From an uncultured Ktedonobacterales bacterium (GTDB lineage Bacteria; Chloroflexota; Ktedonobacteria; Ktedonobacterales; DATBGS01), in the NCBI GenBank assembly GCA_964522745.1, contig CAZFWN010000007.1:707-64706 (forward strand): 64,000 nucleotides of DNA. Direction: 5' to 3'. Of the stretch, positions 1 to 9,107 are shown in pieces; within the stretch, counting starts at the first letter, position 1, and each line of letters begins with the position of its first letter. The position numbers and the translations under genes were made by a program. Below the pieces are notes generated by a model that was not told the DNA's origin, did not search any database, and saw nothing but the letters and a program-made list of their open reading frames with translations.

Positions 1-270
1 AATATTTCCGAGGATGCGCGTTTGGAGGCCGGTTTCTTCCTGAACCTCGCGTGATGCTACCTGCTCGACGGTCTCTCCCTTGCGAGGCGTGCCTTTGGGA
101 AGTGCCCAGATGCCTGAGGGGCTTCTGCCCACCAGCACAACCTCAATGGCCTCTGTTCTGGTTGCTAAGAGCGAGGGTATCTGTGGGAGGGTATCGGACG
201 GCGCAGCATGACCTTGCCGGAAGACGACGCCACCGGCTGAGAAGGCCCGCTGAGTCCGGTTTCTTTGCAT
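1..270 (-). CDS. Nudix hydrolase, partial (C-terminus lies beyond the window edge)
   Basis: Not in the ORF track. Reverse-strand translation from the ATG at 270 gives MQRNRTQRAFSAGGVVF...LPKGTPRKGETVEQVASREVQEETGL. This matches the Nudix box GX5EX7REUXEEXGU exactly. Confidence 0.75.
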   Translation of the reverse strand, partial: MQRNRTQRAFSAGGVVFRQGHAAPSDTLPQIPSLLATRTEAIEVVLVGRSPSGIWALPKGTPRKGETVEQVASREVQEETGLQTRILGNI

Positions 271-339
271 GGGTTACTTCGTGTCCCTTGAGATCGCTGC
301 GAGCGATGATGGAAACGATGCTGCCTGGTGGTCAATCAA

Positions 340-993
340 CTAGACTGCTGCTACCCGTTTCTCGCGGTTGACCCGCAGAATCTTGAGCAAGTATTGTTCA
401 GAGTTCAGATAGTAGGGATTGCGCTTGATGAATTTTCCTACGACGGCGATAGGATGGAGTTTGAGCATCTCAACAACCAGGCCGCCTGGTAGCTTGGAGT
501 AATCATAGTGCATCAGCGCAATGATGGGGGCATTTTGGAAGGTAAATACGGCATCGGAAGCGGCTTCGTACTTCAGGATTTGCTCTGGGGTAGCGACATC
601 GCGTGTCAGCCAGGTCATATCAATCGAGATACGTACTGCCTGCCAGCCTTCGCGCAGAGCCTGAGCAATGAGTGTCTGATGAGTAGAAAGGAGATGGTAC
701 GGATCGAAGCGCTTCCCGACTAAAAAAGCATCGCGCTCGTTGGTAAGAGTAAGCTGGCCGCTCGCAGTAGCAGTTTCGATATTTACTCCCAGCTTGCTCA
801 ATGCCTCTTCTATATCGCGCACGGTGTTTGGCGCCCCGGCGAACAGGCATTTCTCTGAGGCAGAGAGACCACCCTGGATCATCCGGGAGGTGACGCCAGC
901 TATCTCCCCGGCTTTATTATAGAGTTGGCAGATGTGCGAGCCAGGGGGGATGCGCTCAGATTTTCCCTCAACGCTCAAATCCATCATAGACAT
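340..993 (-). CDS. MEDS-domain (DcmR-like sensory domain) protein, stand-alone
   Basis: 217-aa ORF. The N-terminal 'GSHICQLY' and the overall RecA-like layout resemble the MEDS family as I remember it. No output domain is fused. Confidence 0.55.
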   Translation of the reverse strand: MSMMDLSVEGKSERIPPGSHICQLYNKAGEIAGVTSRMIQGGLSASEKCLFAGAPNTVRDIEEALSKLGVNIETATASGQLTLTNERDAFLVGKRFDPYHLLSTHQTLIAQALREGWQAVRISIDMTWLTRDVATPEQILKYEAASDAVFTFQNAPIIALMHYDYSKLPGGLVVEMLKLHPIAVVGKFIKRNPYYLNSEQYLLKILRVNREKRVAAV

Positions 994-1659
994 CTTAGCG
1001 GTGGACTCCCTTTCCCTTTCAGGGGAATAGGAGGAAGCCGCCCCTCCCTTCGCTTGCTCAATGTGCGCCCCTTGCGGGGGCCGGTTTTTGAGAGGAACCA
1101 GCCAACCTCATCCGCTTGCGCGGGGTAAGGTTCTCCTCTGCATAACGTCTCCCTGCCGCAAGGCAGGGAAGCGGGTAAACTTCGGCGTTGAGCGAAACAG
1201 CCGCTCAACGCTCAATCCCTTCCGGGATAGGGTAGCTTACGACTTTGGGAATACTGGCTGGGTGAAGCCTCTCTATTTGGATAGCTCCTACCAGAGAGGT
1301 ATCCCCGCTAGCGCTTCCAACCAGTATATAACCGGCGATCGGGTGGCGTTGCCTCCCGTGACCGGGCGCTACATACTGGTCGATATCGAACGTTTGGTGG
1401 TCAAAGGCCGCTGTAAAGCGTCTTTTAGAGTATAATCAAACTGTGCCCTGATGTCAAGCCGAATGAAGGCTGTAGGACACAAAATAGCAGCGCCTGCCCT
1501 CAATTGACAGACGTTTAGACGAAGCTTCTTGATTCTTTACTTTCACCGTAATTTATCAACAGCATAAGCTGTGCCAGATCGGTGAGCGGTTTGGCGTTCA
1601 GATGGCAACTCTGCCGAAACGGATCTCTCAGGCAGTAATTGGTGATTGACAGAGGAGCG

Positions 1660-2067
1660 ATGAATAATCTCTTCATGGGGCATCTTTTGTTGGGATTGCT
1701 TGCAGTGGTCGGCCTTGTGGTCAGTATGCTTCTGCTACGACAGGTGCGACACCTGCCATCTGGCGCGCTTGCTTTTCGCGTGGCGTTACGCTGGCTGCCA
1801 ATCATCGTATTGGTCATTGTCGCTGGGGGAGCCGCGTTGGCAGAGAGCAGCCTGCTCACTGTTCAGGATGGGCAGGGGGTAGATGGGTTAAATGGCTTTG
1901 TTGTTGGGACATGCCTGGTTATCTTTGCTGATCTCTGCGCAGTGCTTGCCTGCATTTCTCTGAAAGAAGCACTGAAGACCGCTCGATCTGCTGATGATCT
2001 TGGTGTGTTGCTCTCGTCTCTCCCATCTTATGAGAACACTCCCATTATGCCGAGTGAGGAAGAGTAG
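1660..2067 (+). CDS. Small hypothetical membrane protein (about 3 TM helices)
   Basis: ORF 1639-2067 has three hydrophobic stretches and an acidic C-terminus. The start is uncertain: TTG at 1639, ATG at 1660 only 2 nt after AGGAG, or ATG at 1675. Confidence 0.4.
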   Translation: MNNLFMGHLLLGLLAVVGLVVSMLLLRQVRHLPSGALAFRVALRWLPIIVLVIVAGGAALAESSLLTVQDGQGVDGLNGFVVGTCLVIFADLCAVLACISLKEALKTARSADDLGVLLSSLPSYENTPIMPSEEE

Positions 2068-2111
2068 CATCCTTCTCAGAAGAAGGTTTACCAGGAAAGG
2101 ATAGTGATTGC

Positions 2112-3170
2112 ATGGCATCGTTACCGCCCGAAGGAGTGAGTCAGAGGGCAGCCGTTACTGCGCCAGAGGATGAGGGAGGGGTTGCAGAAGTAATGCCAGG
2201 TCTCTGGCGGATCACTATGCCGATGCCCTTTGCGTTACGTTGGGCTAATGCGTATTTGCTCCAGGGCGATGGTGAGTGGTGCCTGGTGGATGCTGGCCTG
2301 GCAACGCCGGAAGCCGAGGCGGTGATGCTGCACGGATTGGCTGCGGCAGGAATCAAACCAGAAGCGCTTTCGACGATCTTGTTGACTCACGCACACCCAG
2401 ATCATATTGGTCTGGCTGGAAAATTTCAGCGGGCCTCAGGCGCCCCGGTGTTGATGCTTGAGGCAGAGGGAGCGCGAATGCTCTCTATCTGGTCAGGGAA
2501 TGATGTCCAAGCGACGGAGGCAGTCAGCGCCTATTATATCCGGCATGGGATGCCAGCAGAAGAAAGTTTGCTGGAGCGGGCTGCGATAGCGGCGACGCGC
2601 CGTTTGGTGACCATGCCTCAGCAGATTACGTCGCTTGTGGAGGGGCAGGAGGTGCGTCTGGCCGGAGCATCCTACCAGGTTATTTGGACGCCAGGTCATG
2701 CCGATGGGCACATTTGCCTCTTGCGCGAAAGCGATGGTGTCTTTCTCATCGCGGATCATGTCTTACCCCGTATTTCCCCAAATATTGGCCTCTATCCTCA
2801 TTCACGGCCCAACCCGCTGGGAGATTACCTGGAATCGCTGCTGAAGGTTCGTAATCTGCCGGTGCGGCTGGCCCTGCCGGGGCATGGATTACCATTTAGC
2901 GGGCTGGCAGCGCGAGTAGATGAATTGATTGCTCACCATCGTGAGCGGATAGAAGAAACACTTCATAGTGTCGCTGAGATGCAGGGAAGAAGCGGCGTTA
3001 GCGCTTACGCGGTTGCCGGTCGCCTCTTTGCCGGTCGCTTCAATTCCATGCAGAACCGGCGCTTTGCGCTTGGCGAGACGCTGGCGCATCTCGAATACCT
3101 GCGCTTTGCCGGTCGGTTGATGCAGCGTGAGGATGAGGACGAACGACTCCTCTATCGAATTGCCGAATAA
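2112..3170 (+). CDS. MBL-fold metallo-hydrolase
   Basis: 352 aa. 'LLTHAHPDHIGLAG' is the HxHxDH metal motif, with a downstream 'TPGHADGH' and a winged-helix-like C-terminus. Confidence 0.85.
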   Translation: MASLPPEGVSQRAAVTAPEDEGGVAEVMPGLWRITMPMPFALRWANAYLLQGDGEWCLVDAGLATPEAEAVMLHGLAAAGIKPEALSTILLTHAHPDHIGLAGKFQRASGAPVLMLEAEGARMLSIWSGNDVQATEAVSAYYIRHGMPAEESLLERAAIAATRRLVTMPQQITSLVEGQEVRLAGASYQVIWTPGHADGHICLLRESDGVFLIADHVLPRISPNIGLYPHSRPNPLGDYLESLLKVRNLPVRLALPGHGLPFSGLAARVDELIAHHRERIEETLHSVAEMQGRSGVSAYAVAGRLFAGRFNSMQNRRFALGETLAHLEYLRFAGRLMQREDEDERLLYRIAE

Positions 3171-3406
3171 GGGGCAGAAAGAGCGACTTTTTGGAATAAC
3201 AGCCTCCGCTGATATAGTACGTTTGTGCTACTGCCCGCGTTGATTTTTGTCAAATATCTACAAATCTTTTTAGACCTGATAATACCTGGGTTATTGCTGA
3301 TGAGCTTTTATTGATGTCGCTTGTGGAGCGGCCCGGAACTTAAATGCCTGCTTAGATGTTGCTGCTCGCTTTGAGACCGCCTGCCATCTGAGGCGGACCC
3401 GCACGC

Positions 3407-3435
3407 TTGTGTTCAGCCCTGATGTGTGCTATACT
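3407..3435 (+). promoter_or_regulatory. Sigma-70-like promoter for the HU gene
   Basis: TTGTGT (3407-3412), a 17-nt spacer, then TGcTATACT (extended -10, TATACT at 3430-3435). It lies about 110 nt upstream of the HU ATG. Confidence 0.4.
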
Positions 3436-3545
3436 CTTTTCTGGTGCCAGGACTGAAGCGGCTCCCTCTGTTGGTTGGTGGCTTCAGCCGTGTGTTGGCA
3501 ACAGGTACGTATTACCAAAGAGTTGGAAAAGGAGGCTCGTTCCTT

Positions 3546-3830
3546 ATGGGAGCAATTGGCAAGACCGAGTTGATTCGGCGGGTGGCAACGAATTCCGGCA
3601 AGAGCGTGAAGGAGACCTCTGATCTGGTCAACGCAACGCTGGATGAAATCCGCGATTCGCTCAAGAAGGGCGAAGAGGTTCGCCTGGTGGGCTTTGGATC
3701 CTTCTCGGTCAAGACGACGGCGGCTCGCACCGGGGTGAATCCCCAGACACGCGCGAAGATTCAGGTTCCCTCAAAGAAGCGCGTGCGTTTTTCCCCTGGC
3801 AAAGAGTTGAACGACGCAGTCACAGAGTAA
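3546..3830 (+). CDS. hup: HU/IHF-family nucleoid DNA-binding protein
   Basis: The ORF track starts at 3426. The internal ATG at 3546 is preceded by GGAAAAGGAGG. The 94-aa product 'MGAIGKTELIRRVA...VGFGSFSVKTTAARTGVNPQTRAKIQVPSKKRVRFSPGKEL' is canonical HU. Confidence 0.9.
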   Translation: MGAIGKTELIRRVATNSGKSVKETSDLVNATLDEIRDSLKKGEEVRLVGFGSFSVKTTAARTGVNPQTRAKIQVPSKKRVRFSPGKELNDAVTE

Positions 3831-3864
3831 CCGATCCTCATATGTTGGGGACGGTGTTCCCAAA

Positions 3865-3916
3865 GAGACAGGGTAGGGCCGGAGAGGGGTTATCTCTCTT
3901 CGCCCTACCCTGTCTC
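3865..3916 (+). terminator. Intrinsic terminator hairpin after the HU gene
   Basis: Perfect 15-bp inverted repeat GAGACAGGGTAGGGC (3865-3879) / GCCCTACCCTGTCTC (3902-3916), followed by TTTC. Confidence 0.6.
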
Positions 3917-4049
3917 TTTCTGGCGCGGTTTTTGGTAGAGTCAACCAATAGATCGAGTTTTCTATGCTACTATAAGGCGTACAGTGTAGAGAAGGACGTA
4001 CTCCTTCTCGGTTCTCATTCTCCCTCTCATAACAGAAAGTGAGCGAGCC

Positions 4050-5147
4050 GTGAGTGAGCAGATAGTAAGCGCTGGAATTTCCGGCGGGCCATTAGTCATC
4101 GGGGTTGATCTGGGTGGCACCCAGGTGCGAGCAGCGTTGGTGCGGGATGGCAAGTTGCTCTCGCGGATAGGGTATCTCACCCAGGATGAAGATGGCTTTG
4201 AGGCAGTCATGCGCCGGATTAAAGACGCCATTCGTGATGCGGCCCGGCAGGGGGGGGCCTCGTTAGAGCAGGTGGCTGCTATTGGGATTGGCGCGCCTGG
4301 ACCGCTAGATAGCCGCACCGGGATTCTGTTTGCCCCGCCCAATCTGAAGGGTTGGAAGAACGTGCCGCTGCGCCAGATTCTCTATGATGAGTTTAGCTTG
4401 CCGGTCTATTTAGGGAACGATGCGAATCTGGCCGGTCTCGGCGAACACACCTATGGGGCTGGGCGCGGCGTGCCTGATATGGTCTATGTTACGGTTAGCA
4501 CCGGCATTGGCGGCGGGGTGCTGATTGGCGGGCGTATTCTGGAAGGGGTGAGTGGGACTGCTGGCGAGATTGGGCATATGACCATTGATATTCATGGGCC
4601 GCGCTGCAACTGTGGCAATACGGGCTGTCTTGAAGTGCTGGCTTCGGGGACGGCTATTGCGCGGCGTGCTGCTGAGGCAATTGAGGAAGGGCTTGGCGAG
4701 GGGATGCTGGCGGTGGCGCGCGAGATGACCGCGCAGAAAAATCCATTGGCGGACCTGGCTGGCTCTAGCCGTCTTTCTCCCCAGGCGGAGGTGGCCCCGC
4801 TGCCGGAGGAAGTGCAGATAGATGCTGCAATGGTCGTTGAGGCCGCGCGTCGGGGCGATCAGGTTGCCGCTGGTATTATGCACCGCGCTGCCGAGAATGT
4901 TGGCGTGGGGATGGTGAATCTGATCCATCTCTTTAATCCGGCGTTGATTGTGATTGGCGGTGGGGTGTCTAAAGCTGGGCCGTTGCTATTTGAGCCGGTG
5001 GAGCGCGTGGTGCGCGAGCGGGCGATGGAAGTGCCGCGTCAGGCGGTGCGTATTGTGCGTGCTGAGCTTGGAGAGAACGTGGGCCTGATCGGTGCCGCCG
5101 CGCATGCTTTGCAGCAGCGAGCCGAGATCGTGGCAGAGTCGTGGTAA
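4050..5147 (+). CDS. ROK-family sugar kinase (glucokinase-like)
   Basis: 365 aa. 'VIGVDLGGT' is the ATP-binding start. 'LGNDANLAGLGE' and the zinc motif 'GHMTIDIHGPRCNCGNTGCLE' are ROK signatures. Confidence 0.85.
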   Translation: MSEQIVSAGISGGPLVIGVDLGGTQVRAALVRDGKLLSRIGYLTQDEDGFEAVMRRIKDAIRDAARQGGASLEQVAAIGIGAPGPLDSRTGILFAPPNLKGWKNVPLRQILYDEFSLPVYLGNDANLAGLGEHTYGAGRGVPDMVYVTVSTGIGGGVLIGGRILEGVSGTAGEIGHMTIDIHGPRCNCGNTGCLEVLASGTAIARRAAEAIEEGLGEGMLAVAREMTAQKNPLADLAGSSRLSPQAEVAPLPEEVQIDAAMVVEAARRGDQVAAGIMHRAAENVGVGMVNLIHLFNPALIVIGGGVSKAGPLLFEPVERVVRERAMEVPRQAVRIVRAELGENVGLIGAAAHALQQRAEIVAESW

Positions 5148-5155
5148 GGAGCGGT

Positions 5156-6082
5156 ATGCAGCGTATTATCCTTGATTGCGATCCAGGGCATGATGATGCT
5201 CTCGCTATTTTGTTAGCTGCCCACGCGCCTGGGATTCAATTAGAGGCGATTACCACTGTGGCCGGGAACCAGACATTGGAAAAGACCACGCGCAATGCGT
5301 TGAAGGTTTGCACGGTGGCTGGGATTCGTCATGTGCCCATTGCGGCAGGGATGGATCGCCCGCTGGTGCGCGAGCTGCGCGTGGCTGCCGATATTCATGG
5401 GGCGTCGGGTCTGGATGGTCCCTCGCTGCCAGAACCAGGCATACAGCCTGCCCCGATACACGCGGTTGATTTGCTGATTGAGAAACTGCTTGCCTCCAAT
5501 GGCGATTTGACGATTGTTGCCACTGGGCCGTTGACCAATCTCGCGGCGGCGATGCGGCGCGAACCCAGGATTGTGAGCCACATTCAACAGATCGTCCTGA
5601 TGGGTGGAGCGCTTGGGCTGGGCAATGTGACCCCTGCGGCAGAGTTTAATATCTTTGTGGACCCAGAGGCTGCGCATCTGGTGTTCACCTGTGGGCGGCC
5701 CATCACCATGATCGGGTTGGAGGTGACACATCAGGCGCAGGCAACTCCAGCCGTGCGCGAGCGCATCCGGGCGCTGGGCAGTCCGGTGGCGCGGCTGGTT
5801 GATGATCTGCTGGGCTTCTTTGCCGAGACGTATCATCAGGTGTTTGGCTTTCCGGCGCCGCCTGTGCATGATCCCTGCGCGGTGGCGTGGGTGTTGGATC
5901 CAACGCTGATACGAAGCCGCCCAATGCACGTGGATGTGGAGCTACATGGCGAATGGACGGCGGGGCGCACCGTTTGTGATGTCTACGGGGTGACAGGCAA
6001 ACCGGCGAACGCGGAAGTTGGCCTGGGACTCGATGCGCCGCGCTTTTGGGACGTGCTGATCGAAACACTTGCGAGCTATTAG
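5156..6082 (+). CDS. Inosine/uridine-preferring nucleoside hydrolase family protein
   Basis: 'IILDCDPGHDDALAI' is the IU-NH aspartate cluster. The ATG at 5156 lies 4 nt after AAGGAG; the ORF track start at 5141 overlaps the ROK stop. Confidence 0.85.
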   Translation: MQRIILDCDPGHDDALAILLAAHAPGIQLEAITTVAGNQTLEKTTRNALKVCTVAGIRHVPIAAGMDRPLVRELRVAADIHGASGLDGPSLPEPGIQPAPIHAVDLLIEKLLASNGDLTIVATGPLTNLAAAMRREPRIVSHIQQIVLMGGALGLGNVTPAAEFNIFVDPEAAHLVFTCGRPITMIGLEVTHQAQATPAVRERIRALGSPVARLVDDLLGFFAETYHQVFGFPAPPVHDPCAVAWVLDPTLIRSRPMHVDVELHGEWTAGRTVCDVYGVTGKPANAEVGLGLDAPRFWDVLIETLASY

Positions 6083-6711
6083 CGTTGTGGCACGGGCTGG
6101 GGCAGCTGGTCTCGCGCAATCTCTTCAATACGGGGAAAAATAAACCAGGCGCTGCTTAGTCCAAACAAAAAGCCGGTAATGGTACGTAAGAGGAGATCAC
6201 TTTCGCGCCAGCCAAGCAGTTGGGTGCCTCCATCCAGCGCCATTGGCAGGATGAGGAGGAGCCAGAGCCGCCAATCCAGCGGGCGCGCGCTCTGCCGCAG
6301 GCGTGGCAGCACGGCCAGCAGCACACCGGCGAGCAAGAAGGTGCTATAGATTGCCAGGCAGCGCTCGCACAGGCAGACCTGATGCCCAAACAGGTAGTAC
6401 GAGTGTGAGGGCACTTGATCGCACACGCCATGATAGGCGTGGATGAGTGAGGAAGCGGCCTGGTTCTCTCCGAAGTAGGCGAGAATGGGACTGAGGAAGG
6501 CGCCGCCAATGAACACCCCAAGGACGCTGTTAATGATGGCTATCCAGTGGTGACCGATGAACTGGGCGCACGTTTCAGTGATATGCACCACCTGCCGGCT
6601 AAACGCCTGTCGGCGCGATGAAAGCCCCTCGATATGCTGGTCCAGCGGTAGTGCCGGGCTGGATACCGGGTCTGGCTGGCTCTGTTTGTGTTCCTGCTTC
6701 TGCTCGTGCAT
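6079..6711 (-). CDS. DUF2085-like membrane protein
   Basis: 210 aa. 'CDQVPSHSYYLFGHQVCLCERCLAIY' resembles the DUF2085 CHQxPxRSF...CxRCxGIY pattern, and four TM helices follow. Confidence 0.55.
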   Translation of the reverse strand: MHEQKQEHKQSQPDPVSSPALPLDQHIEGLSSRRQAFSRQVVHITETCAQFIGHHWIAIINSVLGVFIGGAFLSPILAYFGENQAASSLIHAYHGVCDQVPSHSYYLFGHQVCLCERCLAIYSTFLLAGVLLAVLPRLRQSARPLDWRLWLLLILPMALDGGTQLLGWRESDLLLRTITGFLFGLSSAWFIFPRIEEIARDQLPQPVPQR

Positions 6712-6718
6712 CGTGCTA

Positions 6719-6994
6719 TCACTGTTCCTGTTGTGTGCTAAAGGCGCGCTGCAATTCTGCTAGACTGATACGCCCCTCAACCGTTGTCTTGCCGTCAATG
6801 ATGATGACGGGGATGCGATAGCGATACTCCTCAAAGAGCGTAAGGTCGGTGCGGATGTCTGTCTCGGTCAACTCAAAAGGCGCCTCTGCTGCCAGGTCTT
6901 CCAGCAATTCCCGCGCCTCGTCACAGAGGTGGCACCCCGCTTTTGTGTAGAATAGCACCTGATGCGGCGTTTGACGTTCGTTTGTTGGTGTCAT
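6719..6994 (-). CDS. Glutaredoxin-like thioredoxin-fold protein
   Basis: 91 aa. 'FYTKAGCHLCDEA' is a CxxC site, and 'RIPVIIIDG' completes a small glutaredoxin-like fold. It lies 7 nt upstream of the DUF2085 gene. Confidence 0.7.
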   Translation of the reverse strand: MTPTNERQTPHQVLFYTKAGCHLCDEARELLEDLAAEAPFELTETDIRTDLTLFEEYRYRIPVIIIDGKTTVEGRISLAELQRAFSTQQEQ

Positions 6995-7241
6995 CTTTTT
7001 CCAGCAAGCCTCTCACATAGTTGCACTTATGCTATGATAGCACGGCTCATGAGCGCCGGCAAACATTGTGCTGAATTGTGCGGCGCTTTACCACTAGCGT
7101 GTGGTTTCAGAGAAAGAAGCTGTTGACAAAAACAATCACGCTTGTTTATACTTAGTCAGTCTAATACATTGGATACTTAAACAATTTACGTACCCGTGTG
7201 CATACGACAAACGTTAGCCGAAAAACGCACCACTGCACCCC

Positions 7242-7272
7242 TTGACAGGATGCTAGAAATAAGATATATCTT
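7242..7272 (+). promoter_or_regulatory. Promoter-like element with an overlapping palindrome upstream of the ABC exporter
   Basis: TTGACA (7242-7247), a 17-nt spacer, then TATATC (7265-7270). The perfect 12-nt palindrome AAGATATATCTT (7261-7272) overlaps the -10. A second TTGACA-18 nt-TATACT sits at 7123-7152. Confidence 0.35.
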
Positions 7273-7367
7273 GTTATATCGAGATAGTGTGTCATGTCAG
7301 GATTTCGTAGTTACCACTCGTCAGAGGTCAGCGTCTATCGCTCGGACTGGAATGGAGATGACAAAGC

Positions 7368-9107
7368 ATGATTAAATTGCTACGGTTCATGAAGCCGTAT
7401 CGAATGGCGCTGGTGCTGGTACTGGTGCTTGCCTTTGCACAATCGATGGCAAACCTCTATCTGCCGACGTTGATGGCAGATATTGTGGATAACGGGATTG
7501 TCAAAAAGGATACTGGCTATATCTGGGGCGTCGGTGGCCTGATGCTGCTGGTGACCATTGGCGGCACCATCGCTGCGATCATCGGCAGCTTCTATTCCGC
7601 CAGAACAGCAACCGGCTTTGGCAAAATCATTCGCGGTGAAATATTCAACCATGTAGAACGATTTTCGCTGCACGAGTTTGACAAAGTAAGCACCGCCTCG
7701 TTGATTACTCGCACGACCAATGATACAACCCAGATTCAGCAGGTACTCATCGTCACCCTGGGCTTCATGGTCACAGCGCCTATGATGTTGATTGGGGGCA
7801 TTATTCTGGCTGTCAATCAGGATGCCACGCTTTCCTGGATTCTGGTGGTCATCATTCCGATTCTGGTCGGGGTGATCATTCTCCTGATGACTAAAGCCAT
7901 CCCGCTCTTCCGCGTCATGCAGCTCAAACTGGATAAACTGAATCTCATTCTGGATGAGGGCTTGACCGGCGTGCGTGTCGTGCGGGCGTTTGACCGCGTG
8001 AAGTATGAGGAGGAGCGCTTTGATGGGGCTAACCTTGATCTGACCAATGTTGCCATCAGGGTCAACCGGCTGATTGCGTCGCTCATGCCAGTGATGATGC
8101 TTGTGGTGAACGTCTCCAGCGTGGCGATTCTCTGGTTCGGCAGCATCCGTATCAACAATGGAGATATGCAAGTTGGCGCGCTTATCGCTTTTCTGCAATA
8201 TGCGATGCAGATTCTCTTCGCGCTGCTGATGGTCTCGATGCTGTTTATTATGCTTCCACGCTCCTTTGCCTCCGCAGACCGAATCAACGAAGTGTTGGCA
8301 ATTCGACCTGAGATCAGGGATGCCGATCAGGTGAGCCGTGCCGATTCACAGAAAGGCTATGTGGAGTTTCAGGACGTGACCTTCAGCTATCCCGGCGCGG
8401 AAGAGCCAGCGCTCTCCAATATTTCTTTTCGAGCCAGACCGGGCGAGGTGACGGCGATCATTGGTGGCACCGGAGCGGGCAAATCAACATTGGTCAACCT
8501 GATTCCGCGCTTTTACGACGTGGACAGCGGACATATCCTGGTGGATGGTGTGGATGTGCGCAAGATAGCGCAGGAGCATTTGCGCGCAAAGATTGGTTTT
8601 GTGCCACAAAAGGCCGTCCTGTTCACTGGGACAGTTGCCCAGAATATCCGCTATGGCAAAGAGGATGCTTCGGATGAGGAGATACAGCACGCGGCTGAGG
8701 TTGCGCAGGCCACCGAATTCATCTCGGAGATGAAAGACGGCTTTCATTCGGTGATTGCTCAGGGTGGGACGAACGTGTCGGGTGGACAAAAACAACGGCT
8801 TTCGATTGCCCGTGCGCTGGTGCGCAAGCCGGAAATCTATGTGTTTGACGATACGTTTTCGGCGCTGGATTTTAAGACGGACGCGAAGCTGCGCGCTGCG
8901 CTCAAAGAAGAAACCATTGATGCAACGGTGCTTATTGTCGCGCAGCGCGTCAGCACTGTAATGGACGCTGATCAGATTATTGTGCTAGATGAAGGGCGCG
9001 TTGCTGGCATTGGCAGGCATCGGGAACTGATGGAGACCTGCGAGGTCTATCGTGAGATCGTGTCCTCCCAGCTTTCACTGGAAGAGATAGCGGAGAAAAT
9101 TGCATGA
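7368..9107 (+). CDS. ABC exporter, fused permease/ATPase (heterodimer subunit 1)
   Basis: 579 aa. It has a six-TM N-terminal half, Walker A 'GGTGAGKST', signature 'VSGGQKQRLSIAR' and Walker B 'IYVFDD'. Confidence 0.9.
   Translation: MIKLLRFMKPYRMALVLVLVLAFAQSMANLYLPTLMADIVDNGIVKKDTGYIWGVGGLMLLVTIGGTIAAIIGSFYSARTATGFGKIIRGEIFNHVERFSLHEFDKVSTASLITRTTNDTTQIQQVLIVTLGFMVTAPMMLIGGIILAVNQDATLSWILVVIIPILVGVIILLMTKAIPLFRVMQLKLDKLNLILDEGLTGVRVVRAFDRVKYEEERFDGANLDLTNVAIRVNRLIASLMPVMMLVVNVSSVAILWFGSIRINNGDMQVGALIAFLQYAMQILFALLMVSMLFIMLPRSFASADRINEVLAIRPEIRDADQVSRADSQKGYVEFQDVTFSYPGAEEPALSNISFRARPGEVTAIIGGTGAGKSTLVNLIPRFYDVDSGHILVDGVDVRKIAQEHLRAKIGFVPQKAVLFTGTVAQNIRYGKEDASDEEIQHAAEVAQATEFISEMKDGFHSVIAQGGTNVSGGQKQRLSIARALVRKPEIYVFDDTFSALDFKTDAKLRAALKEETIDATVLIVAQRVSTVMDADQIIVLDEGRVAGIGRHRELMETCEVYREIVSSQLSLEEIAEKIA

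Noticed and set aside
51-371. 106-aa plus-strand ORF at the left edge
   Set aside because: It is antisense to the Nudix hydrolase frame, which carries a perfect Nudix box. The product is Arg/Pro/Leu-rich without motifs.
1061-1435. 124-aa plus-strand ORF in the 645-nt intergenic region
   Set aside because: Its N-terminal half is built from the GC-rich hairpins, it has no credible start/RBS combination and I recognise no motif. A short peptide from the GTG at about 1261 cannot be excluded but is unsupported.
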